From Candidatus Desulfovibrio gallistercoris (GTDB lineage: Bacteria; Desulfobacterota; Desulfovibrionia; Desulfovibrionales; Desulfovibrionaceae): DNA of 64,000 nt. The first letter of the stretch is position 1. Every line of letters begins with the position of its first letter. Under the pieces are notes generated by a model. That model was not told the DNA's origin, searched no databases, and was given only the letters and a program-made list of their open reading frames with translations. Position numbers and translations under genes: made by a program. Below, piece after piece: positions 28,084 to 38,050 of this stretch. The stretch covers positions 24,515 to 88,514 of the forward strand of contig DWYJ01000087.1 in assembly GCA_019118745.1 (NCBI GenBank). Reading direction: 5' to 3'.

Positions 28084-29130
28084 TCAGGCTTCGTTGGCCG
28101 CGGCGGCAGCCGCCGCCTTGGCACGATTGGTCTCACGGATGTCCCGGATACGGGCGCGCGTGGCCTTGGTGACGGAGATCTGCCACCAGGTATGGAAGCC
28201 GAAGCCGAGCATCACGATTTCAGTAAAGAAGAAGAACAGCCATTGCAGGTGACGGTCAGCCGGTTCGGGGGCGCTTTCCTGCGTCAGCCAGTAGTCGGCC
28301 AGTTCGCGCTTTTCTTCGGGGGTGATGCTGTCCATCCCCTTCTTGAGGATGCTGAACAGGATGGGCCAGTCCTTGCGCACGGCAATGGCGTGGCCGTAGC
28401 TGGACTCCACGCTGCCAACCTTCTCCATCTGCATGATGCCGGCCGTGTGGATCTTTTCCTTCAGGTTGAATTCGTAGTCGATGATGGCGTCGGCATCGCC
28501 GTTGACCACGGCCTTGAGCGCGTCCACAGTGGTGGCGCAGGGCACCACTTCCACTTCGGGATGGTGTTCCAGGAGGAAGTCATGCCAAGAGTAGGCGGCC
28601 ACCACAGCCACCTTTTTGCCGTGTAGATCGGCCACGGTGATGTCGTGCAGGCCGGAGGTACGGGGCGCCCTGATGACGCCGGGTTCGTTGATGTAGGGCT
28701 CGGTAAAGAGCATATACTCGCTGCGGCGCGCCGTCTGGGCGGCGGCCATGTACATGTCCACTTCGCGGGCCTGCGCGCTGTGCTCGGTGGCGGCCCAGTC
28801 ATTGAGGCGCAGCGGCAGGAACTGGATGCCGGTCAGGTGGCTCAGAAGCTTCATGTAGTCGCCGCCAAGGCCGGAATACTGACCGCGGCCGTCAAAAGTC
28901 TCGATGGGGTAGAAGTAGGGGTCCACGCCCACGGTGATCGTGCCGTGACTGGTGATCCAGGCCTGTTCTTCGGGCGTGAGCTTGTTGATGATGGGTTTCT
29001 TGTCTTCGATCAGCTCATCCACCACGCGCGCTTTTTCCTGAAACACGCTGGGGAAGAAGGTTTCCAGGCCGATGTACACCTGAACGACGGTCAGGAGCAG
29101 GGCAAGGAGAATGGAAAGCAACAAACGCAT
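28084..29130 (-). CDS. Membrane-anchored periplasmic solute-binding (SBP_bac_3) domain protein without an output domain
   Basis: 348 aa. N-terminal TM (LLLSILLALLLTVVQVYI), a PBPb-like domain (ITVGVDPYFYPIETFD...TEPYINEPGV...GDADAIIDY), a second TM (LQWLFFFFTEIVMLGFGFHTWW), then only ~30 aa ending in an Ala run. Confidence 0.8.
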   Translation of the reverse strand: MRLLLSILLALLLTVVQVYIGLETFFPSVFQEKARVVDELIEDKKPIINKLTPEEQAWITSHGTITVGVDPYFYPIETFDGRGQYSGLGGDYMKLLSHLTGIQFLPLRLNDWAATEHSAQAREVDMYMAAAQTARRSEYMLFTEPYINEPGVIRAPRTSGLHDITVADLHGKKVAVVAAYSWHDFLLEHHPEVEVVPCATTVDALKAVVNGDADAIIDYEFNLKEKIHTAGIMQMEKVGSVESSYGHAIAVRKDWPILFSILKKGMDSITPEEKRELADYWLTQESAPEPADRHLQWLFFFFTEIVMLGFGFHTWWQISVTKATRARIRDIRETNRAKAAAAAAANEA

Positions 29131-29362
29131 GATATTACTCCGCTATGGCTTCGACAGCTTCGAGGTCGAAGATGACTGGCTTTCTCGGAACGTCTGCGAC
29201 CCTAAGGGCGGCGCATGACGCGGTGAACGGTCGTGTGCTGCCGGCAGGGAGACGGCGCCCGCGCTGCGCCCATGACGGACAGAACGGCAGGCGGCACGCT
29301 CTGGTCCGGCATCGCAGGTCTTTCAGTCGCATGGGCATCCGTCTCCCTCCGTGCCGAAATCG

Positions 29363-30862
29363 CTAGACGATGTCCTCGTCGTCTTCCATGGTGTCGAACA
29401 GCACTTCCTGATCGGCTTTGCCGAACAGCAGGTAGCGCATGGTCGAGTGCGGAATGGAAAGCAGTTCCTGCTGCTTGCCCAGGAAGAAAATGGCCCCGAG
29501 GGCGACCCAGGCAAAGAGCATGGCCCAGTTGGGCACGTTGATGGCTACGGGAGAGCTGGGGATCATGAGCAGGCCGATGCAGATAAGCGATGTAATGGCG
29601 CCCAGAGTGCAGACGGGCTTACCCCAGGAGGATTCGCGCAGCTCAGGGTGCGCAAGCAGATACTTGCGTGCCGTCAGGCAGGCGAAAAGGTAGGCAAGCG
29701 CCGTGCCGATGGACGATGTGGCCACGATCCAGTCAAGAGCCGGTCTCCCGAACCACGGCACAATCAAGGTCAGCGCCGTGATGAAGACGACGCTCTTCCA
29801 GGCGGTATTGTATTTGGGATGCACTTCGGAGAAGAAGCCGGGCAGGAATTTGCTGCGGCCCATGCTGAACAGCAGGCGCGTGGTGGCCATGAAGAAGCCG
29901 TTCATGCCTGTCAGAATGGCCGCCAACACGGGAACGGCAAGGGCTACCCCGCCCCAGCGACCGAAGATTTGATTGGCGACCCAGCCCGTGGCCCAGTCAT
30001 GGTTGGCGGCCAGCAGTTCCTTGTAGGGGATGAGGCCGGCGACGCACAGCGTGACGAGGGCGTAGATGACGGCGCCGCAGATGATGGAAAGCAGCATGAG
30101 ATCACGGGCTTTGCCGGGAGAGAAGGAGAACTCCTCCGCCATCTGCGGGATGGTGTCAAAGCCCACATATAGCCATGGCGTCAAAGCCAGCACCATCATG
30201 ACGCAGGCAATGGCCGAGCGGTTTTCCGCAAAGAGGGGCTGAAGGTTGTCGAGGCTCGCGGTCTCGGCGGTGGCCGTGCCGATGGTGAGTACCAGCACGC
30301 CGATGGTCAGGGCAAAGGCCAGGAAGACCTGAACGGCACTGGCCGCATCAACTCCACGGAAGTTCATATATCCGAAAACGAGCAGGATGACCGTAATGTA
30401 GCCCACTTCGCTGAGGTAGATATCCCAGTCCAGAACGGTATAGAGATGGCCGAACTGGATGCTTTCCCCTAGCAGGAAGCGTACCAGCAGAATGATGGCC
30501 GTGGCGTTGGCGGCAATGACACAGACATAGCTGAGCACCAGCGCCCAGCCGCAGATGAAGGCTCCCTTGGAGCCGAATCCCGCGTAGGCGTACACAAAAG
30601 CCCCGCCCGCCACCGGATAGGGCTTGATGAGAAAACTGTAGCCCAGCGCCACGATGCACTGAAAGAATGCGCCGATAAAAAAAGCGATGATGGTACCCAG
30701 CGGGCCGGCATTGGGCAGAAAGGTGATGCCGGGCAGCATGAAACACCCCCAGCCCACGATGGCGCCCAGGGCGAGCGCCAGCACTTCGGTGGGGCCGAGA
30801 GTTTTGGCAAGAGCCTCGCGTGCTTCCTCCATCAGCTCATGCTTTTCTGGTAAATCCCCCAT
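29363..30862 (-). CDS. APC superfamily amino acid permease
   Basis: ORF trimmed to the Met at 30862 (MGDLPEKHELMEEAREAL). About 12 predicted TM segments. An acidic C-terminal tail follows the TM core. Confidence 0.84.
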   Translation of the reverse strand: MGDLPEKHELMEEAREALAKTLGPTEVLALALGAIVGWGCFMLPGITFLPNAGPLGTIIAFFIGAFFQCIVALGYSFLIKPYPVAGGAFVYAYAGFGSKGAFICGWALVLSYVCVIAANATAIILLVRFLLGESIQFGHLYTVLDWDIYLSEVGYITVILLVFGYMNFRGVDAASAVQVFLAFALTIGVLVLTIGTATAETASLDNLQPLFAENRSAIACVMMVLALTPWLYVGFDTIPQMAEEFSFSPGKARDLMLLSIICGAVIYALVTLCVAGLIPYKELLAANHDWATGWVANQIFGRWGGVALAVPVLAAILTGMNGFFMATTRLLFSMGRSKFLPGFFSEVHPKYNTAWKSVVFITALTLIVPWFGRPALDWIVATSSIGTALAYLFACLTARKYLLAHPELRESSWGKPVCTLGAITSLICIGLLMIPSSPVAINVPNWAMLFAWVALGAIFFLGKQQELLSIPHSTMRYLLFGKADQEVLFDTMEDDEDIV

Positions 30863-30973
30863 GTAATCCTCCAAAATATGATTTGTCCAAAAAAGAACAT
30901 TGGCCACACTAAAGGCAGAAGCCTCGCCCGTCAAGGGCAGGCAACCGACTATATGCAGCGGCCGGCCTTTTGG

Positions 30974-31816
30974 CTAACCGTACTTGAGTACCATTGTGCC
31001 GCAACACACGAGCAGGACGGCCAGGATGCGGCTGGGCGTAAGCTTTTCGCCCAAAAAGATGACGGCCATGAGCATGCCGAAAATGACGGATGTCTCGCGC
31101 AGGGCCGCCACCATGGCGATGGGCGCCTTGGTCATGGCCCAGATGGCTATGCCGTAGGAACCCAGGCCGCACAGCCCGCCGAAGATGCCTATCCCCCCGC
31201 GCTGCCGGAGATAGGGCAAATATTCACGACCGTGCCGCAGGAAGACGTAGATATGCAGCGGGAAGATGTTGAGGAAGAATATCCAGCAGGCGTAGGCCAC
31301 GCCGTAGCCGTCGCCGCCAGCCGACGCGCCGAAACCGTCCGCCAGCGTATAGCCGGCGATGACGAAGGAGGTGCGCAGGGAGATGAGGATGCCCCGCAGG
31401 TTGGCGTGCCGTTTCAGATTGTCCAGGGAAAGCGCCAAGATGCCGAGGCAGAGGATGGCGACCCCGCTCCAGCTCGTCAGGCTGAGTCCCTGACCGAGGC
31501 AGAGCATGACGATGGAAGTGATGAGGGGGGCGCAGCCGCGCATGATGGTGTAGCCGAAGGAAAGATCGACTTCCTTGTAGGCGGCGGAGATGCAGATGTA
31601 ATAGGTGAGGTGGCAGCAGCAGGAAAGGGCCAGGAACGGCCAGCAGGCGACAGGAAGCGGTGGGAGGAACGGCAGGATGAAAAGTGCGCCGAGACCTCCG
31701 CCCAGTGCATTGAGGGCTGACTCGAAGAGCTTGTTGTCCCCTCCCTTGACGATGATGTTCCACGTCGCGTGCAGAAGGGCGGCTCCAAGAACCAGCAGCA
31801 GGATATGGCTTGGCAC
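30974..31816 (-). CDS. EamA/DMT family transporter
   Basis: 280 aa with a GTG start preceded by GGGGAGG. Ten hydrophobic segments forming two EamA-like halves. Confidence 0.82.
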   Translation of the reverse strand: MPSHILLLVLGAALLHATWNIIVKGGDNKLFESALNALGGGLGALFILPFLPPLPVACWPFLALSCCCHLTYYICISAAYKEVDLSFGYTIMRGCAPLITSIVMLCLGQGLSLTSWSGVAILCLGILALSLDNLKRHANLRGILISLRTSFVIAGYTLADGFGASAGGDGYGVAYACWIFFLNIFPLHIYVFLRHGREYLPYLRQRGGIGIFGGLCGLGSYGIAIWAMTKAPIAMVAALRETSVIFGMLMAVIFLGEKLTPSRILAVLLVCCGTMVLKYG

Positions 31817-32046
31817 AACGAACCTCCCCTATGTTGCCGACAGTATGCAGAGTCGATAGCGCATCCTGCCATGAGGAAGGCAAAAAGGCAATAAGCTGGC
31901 GGGTTTTTGCGCGGGATTCCAGCGCTCGCGGCTTTTTTCCCGGTCTGAGTTTTTTGAAAAAAAGATTGTTCTTTCAGTTGGTTACTTTTTGTCATAAAAA
32001 TAAAAGAAAACCTCTTGTTTTCTTTTTCACAAAACGGCGTGGGGCA

Positions 32047-32077
32047 TAAAAAAATTCCGGCGGCACATGGCCGCCGG
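32047..32077 (-). terminator. Rho-independent terminator after the DUF362 gene
   Basis: The minus strand reads CCGGCGGCCATGTGCCGCCGG followed by AATTTTTTTATG. Confidence 0.75.
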
Positions 32078-32128
32078 AGGAAGGGCAGAGGTCAGGGGCC
32101 GGGCTTCGGGCCCGGCCGGGAAACTGCT

Positions 32129-33223
32129 CTAGATCTTTTCCAGCACGTACTGGCGGCTGCCGAGGCCGATCTCTTCGCCGTAGCTGAGCTGCAGGGGCCC
32201 GCGGGTATTGGGCCAGCGCGCCGTGAACTTGTCGTCGCCGGGCGCGACCTTGAGGCTGGGATCGAGGCACGGGGCCTTATTGACCAGATCGAAGCAGGCC
32301 TGGTCCAGGGCCACAGGGTCCGTGGAGGCCAGCAGGCCGATGTCCGGCACGAGCGGCATGTCGCTCCAGGCCACGCAGTCGCAGTCCGGGGTGACGTTCA
32401 TGACGAAGTTGATGTAGCAGACGTTCTTTTTGCCCTTGACCGCGCCGAGGGCGTATTCGGTCAGGCGCTCCACGAAGGGGGCCATCTCCGTGGCCCAGTC
32501 GATGCTGATGGCCTTGGTCGGGCAGACGGTGATGCACTCGAAGCAGCCGATGCAGAGGGACGTGTCCACGCTGCTTTTCTTGTCCTTCAGGCTCAGGGCC
32601 TTTTGCGGGCAGTTCTTCACGCACTTCCCGCAGCCGACACAGGTGGCGGCGTCCACGGACACGTGGGTGCCGTGCTGGTCGCGCTTGCCGCGCACCGAAG
32701 CGCCGCCCATGGCCAGGTTCTTGATGGCCCCGCCGAAGCCCGCCATCTCATGCCCCTTGAAGTGCGAGAGCACCACCATGCTCGGGGCGCGGCGGATCTC
32801 CGTGGCGATGTGCACTTCCTTGAAGTGCTTGCAGTTGATGCGCACGGGCACGTCGTTCTCGCCGTAAAGGCCGTCGGCAATGACCACGGGGGCCTGCACG
32901 ACCGACGGCGCGAAGCCGTGGCTGTAGGCGGTCTGCAGGTGGTCGACGGCATTGTGGCGGGTGCCGGAGTAGAGCGTGGTGGTGTCCGTCAGGAAGGGCT
33001 TGCCGCCCGCGCTGCGCACCTTGTCCACCACCTGGCGCACCAGGGCCGGGTTCAGGTGGGTGTCGTTGCCGTATTCGCCGAAGTGCAGCTTGATGGCGGT
33101 GAGGTCATTCTTGCGGACGACCCGCTTGAGCCCCACCGCGTCGCACAGCCGGGCCAGCTTGGCGATCTTGCTGTCCTCGTGCGAGCGGGTGTGCATGTCC
33201 GTGTAGTAGACAGTTGCAGCCAT
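32129..33223 (-). CDS. DUF362 domain protein with a 2x[4Fe-4S] ferredoxin insert
   Basis: 364 aa. Two CxxCxxCxxxCP motifs (CVGCGKCVKNCP; CIGCFECITVCP) inside DUF362-type flanks (KLHFGEYGN..FLTDT; TPDCDC). Confidence 0.85.
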   Translation of the reverse strand: MAATVYYTDMHTRSHEDSKIAKLARLCDAVGLKRVVRKNDLTAIKLHFGEYGNDTHLNPALVRQVVDKVRSAGGKPFLTDTTTLYSGTRHNAVDHLQTAYSHGFAPSVVQAPVVIADGLYGENDVPVRINCKHFKEVHIATEIRRAPSMVVLSHFKGHEMAGFGGAIKNLAMGGASVRGKRDQHGTHVSVDAATCVGCGKCVKNCPQKALSLKDKKSSVDTSLCIGCFECITVCPTKAISIDWATEMAPFVERLTEYALGAVKGKKNVCYINFVMNVTPDCDCVAWSDMPLVPDIGLLASTDPVALDQACFDLVNKAPCLDPSLKVAPGDDKFTARWPNTRGPLQLSYGEEIGLGSRQYVLEKI

Positions 33224-33299
33224 GATATCCTCCTTGGTTAGACAGGCCGGCGGGACGGCTCCCGGAGCGGGACATGCCCAGCCGGCAAGGTGCGTGTAT

Positions 33300-33380
33300 C
33301 GTGTCGTCGCGGCGACGGCAAGGGACGCCGCCGCACTCGGCCGCTTCGCATCTTATCTTTTTCAACGATAAAATGCTCTA
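33300..33380 (+). repeat. RepA-like degenerate fragment
   Basis: The minus strand reads TAGAGCATTTTATCGTTGAAAAAGATAAGATGCGAAGCGGCCGAGTGCGGCGGCG, which resembles the RepA end. Its TAG is the stop codon of the DSD1-like gene. Confidence 0.45.
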
Positions 33381-34568
33381 CCAGCCGCGGATGCGCTCCC
33401 AGCAGGCCGTGATCTGCCCCTGGCGCAGCACATGGTAGGCGTCATGCTGCGCGGCGGTGGCGCAGGCATGGTTGGGCAGGATGCGCAGGCGGCTCCCGGC
33501 GGGGAAGCGCTCATGCAGCGCCGGGCCGGGGGCGTCCTCCCCCGTGCAGGGGCTGATGATGCCGTGCTCCTGATTGCATACGCTGACCCGCAGGCCCGGC
33601 AGGGGCGTGCCGTCCAGCGTGCAGGGCAGGCCGTAGCCCCAGCGGGGGAAGCTGGCTTCCAGACCGCGATCCTGGGCAAGGGCCATCCAGCCGGCATCCA
33701 CCACCAGCGCCCCATCCTGACGGCGGTGACCGATGACCGTGGTGAGCACGCTGAGCGCCACCGCGTCCGGCGTGCAGACGCCAAGGCCGCACATGGTCAG
33801 ATCCATGAAAGGGTAGACGCCTGCCCGCACCTCGGTCACTCCCTGCGGGTATTCGCCCAGCAGGGCCGTAGGCGTGGAACCGACGCTGAGCACCGCACAG
33901 TCATGGCCCGCGCCGCGCAGGCGCTCGGCGGCGGCAATGGCGGCCTCTCCCTCCTGACGGGCCAGGGCGGCGATCTGGGCCGTATCCGTGCAGGCATAGG
34001 CAGCGCCGGCATGCGTCAGGACGCCGCGCAATCCCAGGAAGGGGGACGCCTGCACCGCCGCGGCGACGGCAAGGAGTTCCTCTCCCTGCGGATCGAGACC
34101 GCTGCGGTGCCCGTCGCAATCCAGTTCCAGCAGCACGGGAAGGGGACTGTCGCCGTCGTTGAAGAGGCGCTTTGCCGCCGCGTCCAGCAGGCCGGCCGTG
34201 ACGGGATCATCCAGGATGACGGAGAGGTCCGTCCCGCCGCGACGCAGGGCAAGCACCCGCTCCAGCTTGTCGGGCGTCATGCCCACGGCGTAGCAGATGT
34301 CCGTCACGCCGTTGGCCGCAAAGTATTCCGCCTCGGCCAGGGTCGAGACCGTGGCCGGCCCGGCGGGCGTCCGCAGGATGCGCTGGGCCGCGGCCATGCT
34401 TTTGCAGGTCTTGAGGTGCGGCCGTGCGGCCAGGCCCTGACGGGCCAGGTGGCGATTGAAGCGGGCGATATTGCCCGCCATGCGCGCCTCGTCGAGCAGG
34501 AGGCAGGGCGTGGGCAGGGCCGGATCATCCGGCGCGCAGGGAAAATTCAGGCGGGATCGTGGCGTCAT
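33378..34568 (-). CDS. DSD1/D-threonine aldolase-like PLP enzyme (alanine racemase N-terminal fold)
   Basis: ORF trimmed to the Met at 34568 (ATGA overlap with selU). PHLKTCKS holds the PLP lysine, with the C-terminal motif LRILPNHACATAAQHD. Confidence 0.78.
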   Translation of the reverse strand: MTPRSRLNFPCAPDDPALPTPCLLLDEARMAGNIARFNRHLARQGLAARPHLKTCKSMAAAQRILRTPAGPATVSTLAEAEYFAANGVTDICYAVGMTPDKLERVLALRRGGTDLSVILDDPVTAGLLDAAAKRLFNDGDSPLPVLLELDCDGHRSGLDPQGEELLAVAAAVQASPFLGLRGVLTHAGAAYACTDTAQIAALARQEGEAAIAAAERLRGAGHDCAVLSVGSTPTALLGEYPQGVTEVRAGVYPFMDLTMCGLGVCTPDAVALSVLTTVIGHRRQDGALVVDAGWMALAQDRGLEASFPRWGYGLPCTLDGTPLPGLRVSVCNQEHGIISPCTGEDAPGPALHERFPAGSRLRILPNHACATAAQHDAYHVLRQGQITACWERIRGW

Positions 34569-35809
34569 GGGCGGACTCCTTGCCGGAGGTTGGAAAAGAG
34601 CGAAGAGGAGCAGCCGCTGCCGGAGGCGGCAGCCTCCGCGACCAGCGCCGTCAGACGCCGGGCGGTCTCTTGCGGCGCGTCCGTTTCGCAGCTCAGACGT
34701 CCCAGCAGACGGCCGCTGCGCTGCGCCTGCTGGTGACCATAACACTTGTCGTAATAGTGGAGCACGCGTCCGACGGCTTCGTCAAGCTGTCCCGCCCGCA
34801 CCAGTTCGCAGCAGCGCGTACAGGCCTCGCCGCCCAGACGGTGGCGCAACTTCTCCAGGGCCGCGCACAGGGACTCGGCAACAGCCGGATCGGGCGCGGA
34901 GCCCGTAGCGGCGTTGCCGTAGATGGCGACAAGGCGGCGGATGCGCAGGGGCAGCGGCAAGTCCACCACAAGCAGCGGCGAGGCCTCGATATGGTGGAAA
35001 AACTCCTCGCAGAGCGTGACGTGACCGATGCGGCGGCTCTCATCTTCCAGCCAGACAGGGCGGCGGGGGTCCAGCGCGCGCCACTGCTCGAACAGGCTGT
35101 TCTCAAAGGCTTCGTTGCCGGGCTGTCCGCCGTTCAGGGCCACGGCCCCGAAGGCGGAGCCTCGGTGGTTTGCCAGACCTTCCAGGTCGATGATCTGTTC
35201 CCCCCTGTCCGCCAGGGCGTGGAGGATGTCCGTCTTGCCGCAGCCGGTCATGCCGCCCAGGACCAGGACAGGGCGCGGGCGGGCCAGCTCCTTGCGGACA
35301 TGCGTACGAAAGGCGCGGTAGCCGCCGCGCAGCAGATGCACGGTAAATCCGCAGCTTTCCAGCAGCCAGCCCACACTGCGGCTGCGCAGGCCGCCCCGCC
35401 AGCAGTGGAGCAGCACATGCCGGGCAGGAGCGGAGGGCGTTCCCGGCAGCGGCGGGACCGCAGCGACCGGAGATGCGGGAGATGCGGTGGACGATCTGGT
35501 GGCGCAGGAGGCGAGCTCGGCCGCGGCCTCCGGCGTCAGCGGCCGTGACGGACAGATCTGCCGGGCCGTCTCCACCATATCGGCCAGCCGTCCGCCTACC
35601 AGCCGCAGGGCAAGGAGGGTGGCGGCCTCCTGCCCCTGCCGGGCGTAGGTCGTCCCGACCCGGGCGCGTTCCTCATCGGAAAAAAGGGGGAGGTTGTGCG
35701 CCCCCGCCATATGCGCTTTCTGGAATTCGGCAGGGGAGCGGACGTCCAGCAGCGGCAGGCCCGCGTCTCGCAGGCGGAGGAAATCTTCGATGTGGTGCAG
35801 CACAGGCAT
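34565..35809 (-). CDS. selU: tRNA 2-selenouridine synthase (SelU/MnmH)
   Basis: ORF trimmed to the Met at 35809 (MPVLHHIEDFLRLRDAGLPLLDVRSPAEF). Rhodanese active-site loop HCWRGGLRS, P-loop GGMTGCGKT, then DLEGLANHRGSAFG. Confidence 0.85.
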   Translation of the reverse strand: MPVLHHIEDFLRLRDAGLPLLDVRSPAEFQKAHMAGAHNLPLFSDEERARVGTTYARQGQEAATLLALRLVGGRLADMVETARQICPSRPLTPEAAAELASCATRSSTASPASPVAAVPPLPGTPSAPARHVLLHCWRGGLRSRSVGWLLESCGFTVHLLRGGYRAFRTHVRKELARPRPVLVLGGMTGCGKTDILHALADRGEQIIDLEGLANHRGSAFGAVALNGGQPGNEAFENSLFEQWRALDPRRPVWLEDESRRIGHVTLCEEFFHHIEASPLLVVDLPLPLRIRRLVAIYGNAATGSAPDPAVAESLCAALEKLRHRLGGEACTRCCELVRAGQLDEAVGRVLHYYDKCYGHQQAQRSGRLLGRLSCETDAPQETARRLTALVAEAAASGSGCSSSLFSNLRQGVRP

Positions 35810-35991
35810 GGCAAGTACCCCCGCAGGATGCAGGAAAGCGTATCGTGTCGGCAAGGCGTCAGGGGTTGGAGACGGCGGGCGCTTCCTCGCAAAGGGGGCG
35901 TTTTTTCGCGGGGGCCGCATCCGGCATGCTGACGCTGTGGCTCGTGCTACGCCAAAACGGACTGCCTGTAAATACGCGGAGAAACTGTCTC

Positions 35992-36021
35992 TTGACAGGC
36001 AAAAGGGGAGGAAGCTAGGAT
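35992..36021 (+). promoter_or_regulatory. Sigma-70-like promoter candidate for upp-uraA
   Basis: TTGACA at 35992..35997, an 18-bp spacer, then TAGGAT at 36016..36021, followed by an A/T-rich ~45-nt leader to the upp ATG. Based on the pattern only. Confidence 0.35.
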
Positions 36022-36066
36022 AAAAAAGTTTATTTATAACTATTTTACAGCGTTGAGGAGGCCGTT

Positions 36067-36693
36067 ATGGCTGTACATGTAGTCGATCATCCGCTGGTGC
36101 GGCACAAGCTCGGACTGTTGCGCCGGGAATCTACAGGAACAGGCGAGTTTCGAAGCATCGCCAACGAGCTGGCCCGCCTTCTGAGCTATGAGGCCACCAA
36201 ATCCTTCAGCACCGAAAAGATCACGGTCCAGGGTTGGGCCGGCCCTGTGGAAGTGGAAGCCATTTCCGGCAAGAAGGTGACGGTCGTGCCCATCCTGCGG
36301 GCCGGACTGGGACTCATGGACGGCGTGCTGGACATGGTGCCGGGGGCAAAGATCAGCGTGGTGGGCCTGTACCGCAACGAAGAGACCCTGGAGCCTGTGG
36401 AGTACTACGTCAAGCTGGCGGGCAATCTGGAGCATCGTTTCGCCATCATCCTTGACCCCATGCTGGCCACGGGCGGCTCGCTCATCGCCACCATCGACCT
36501 GCTGAAGAAGCGGGGCTGCCGCCAGATGTGCAGCATCAATCTCGTCTGCGCCCCGGAAGGCATCGCCCGCCTGCAGCAGGCCCATCCCGACGTTGACATC
36601 TATACCGCCGCCATCGACAGCCACCTGAACGAACAGGGGTACATCATCCCCGGTCTTGGCGACGCGGGCGACCGCATCTTCGGCACCAAATAG
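36067..36693 (+). CDS. upp: Uracil phosphoribosyltransferase
   Basis: 208 aa. [16 protein letters not shown]-terminus, PRPP loop [11 protein letters not shown] and [19 protein letters not shown]-terminus. Confidence 0.95.
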   Translation: MAVHVVDHPLVRHKLGLLRRESTGTGEFRSIANELARLLSYEATKSFSTEKITVQGWAGPVEVEAISGKKVTVVPILRAGLGLMDGVLDMVPGAKISVVGLYRNEETLEPVEYYVKLAGNLEHRFAIILDPMLATGGSLIATIDLLKKRGCRQMCSINLVCAPEGIARLQQAHPDVDIYTAAIDSHLNEQGYIIPGLGDAGDRIFGTK

Positions 36694-36707
36694 CAGCGGA
36701 AAAGACC

Positions 36708-37967
36708 ATGAACCCCACGACCGCCCATGACGATCCCTGCCGCTATGTCTTTCGCCTGCGGGAGGCGCTGCTCGGCGCGCAGATGCTCTTTGTGGCCTTT
36801 GGCGCGCTGGTGCTGGTGCCGCTGCTGACCGGGCTGGACAGCAATGTGGCCTTTTTTACCGCCGGCGTCGGCACGCTGATCTTCCAGATCGTGACGCGCG
36901 GCAAGGTGCCCATCTTCCTGGCGTCCTCCTTTGCCTTCATCGCGCCCATCATGTACGGCGTGAAGACCTGGGGCGTGCCCCTGACCATGGGGGCGCTCAT
37001 CTTCTCCGGCCTGCTCTATGTGGCGCTGAGCACGCTCATCCGCTTTCGGGGCACTGCCGTCATCCTGCGCATCCTGCCGCCCATCGTCACCGGTCCGGTC
37101 ATCATGGTCATCGGGCTCGTGCTGGCGCCGGTGGCCGTCAAGATGGCGCTGGGCCTTTCCGGCGACGGGTCGCAGCAGCTCATCCCCCGCAGCACGGCGC
37201 TGGCCTTGTCCATGTCGGCCCTGCTGACGACCGTCGCGGTCTCGCTGCTGGGGCGCGGCCTGCTGCGGCTGATCCCCATCCTGTGCGGCATCGCCGTGGG
37301 CCTGCTGGTGGCCCTTGGCCTTGGCGTCGGCAACTGGGACGCCGTGCATGCCACGCCCTGGTTCGCCCTGCCTGACTTCGTGCTGCCGCAGTTCTCCTGG
37401 GAGCCCATGCTCTTCATCATCCCCATCACCGTGGCCCCGGCCATCGAGCATTTTGGCGACATCATCGCCATCAGTTCCGTGACGGGCAAGGATTTCCTGC
37501 GGGACTCGGGCATCAAGAACACCATGCTGGGCGATGGTCTGGCCACTATGGCGGCCTGTGCTCTGGGCGGCCCGCCCAATACCACCTATTCCGAAGTGAC
37601 CGGCGCGGTGACCCTGACGCGGGCCTTCAACCCCGCCGTCATGACCTGGGCGGCCATCTGTTCCATCCTGCTGTCCTTCGTGGCCAAGGTGGGGGCTTTT
37701 TTGAGCTGCATCCCCACGCCGGTCATGGGCGGGATCATGATCCTGCTGTTCGGGGCCATCATGGTGGTGGGCCTGAACACGCTGGTTCGGGCGGGGCATG
37801 ACCTGCTCCAGCCGCGTAATATGGTCATCGTGGCGCTGATCATCATTTTCGGCGTAGGCGGTATGCAATTCGACTTCGGTTCCTTCACGCTGGCAGGCAT
37901 CGGCCTTGCGGCGGTGACCGGCGTCCTGCTCAACCTGCTTCTCCCGCGCGACAATCCGCGAGACTGA
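36708..37967 (+). CDS. uraA: Uracil permease (NCS2 family)
   Basis: 419 aa, 14 nt after upp. NCS2 motifs (GAQMLFVAFGALVLVPLLTG; SSFAFIAPI; TTYSEVTGAV). Confidence 0.92.
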   Translation: MNPTTAHDDPCRYVFRLREALLGAQMLFVAFGALVLVPLLTGLDSNVAFFTAGVGTLIFQIVTRGKVPIFLASSFAFIAPIMYGVKTWGVPLTMGALIFSGLLYVALSTLIRFRGTAVILRILPPIVTGPVIMVIGLVLAPVAVKMALGLSGDGSQQLIPRSTALALSMSALLTTVAVSLLGRGLLRLIPILCGIAVGLLVALGLGVGNWDAVHATPWFALPDFVLPQFSWEPMLFIIPITVAPAIEHFGDIIAISSVTGKDFLRDSGIKNTMLGDGLATMAACALGGPPNTTYSEVTGAVTLTRAFNPAVMTWAAICSILLSFVAKVGAFLSCIPTPVMGGIMILLFGAIMVVGLNTLVRAGHDLLQPRNMVIVALIIIFGVGGMQFDFGSFTLAGIGLAAVTGVLLNLLLPRDNPRD

Positions 37968-38005
37968 GCCCTGAGCCGGGGCCTTGCGCACGACTGCAAC
38001 AAAAA

Positions 38006-38043
38006 ACGGCGGCGTCCACCAAAAAGGACGCCGCCGTTTTTTG
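38006..38043 (+). terminator. Rho-independent terminator after uraA (A-run upstream makes it potentially bidirectional)
   Basis: Stem ACGGCGGCGTCC / GGACGCCGCCGT with loop ACCAAAAA, followed by TTTTTTGTTG. Preceded by AACAAAAAA. Confidence 0.8.
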
Positions 38044-38050
38044 TTGTTCC

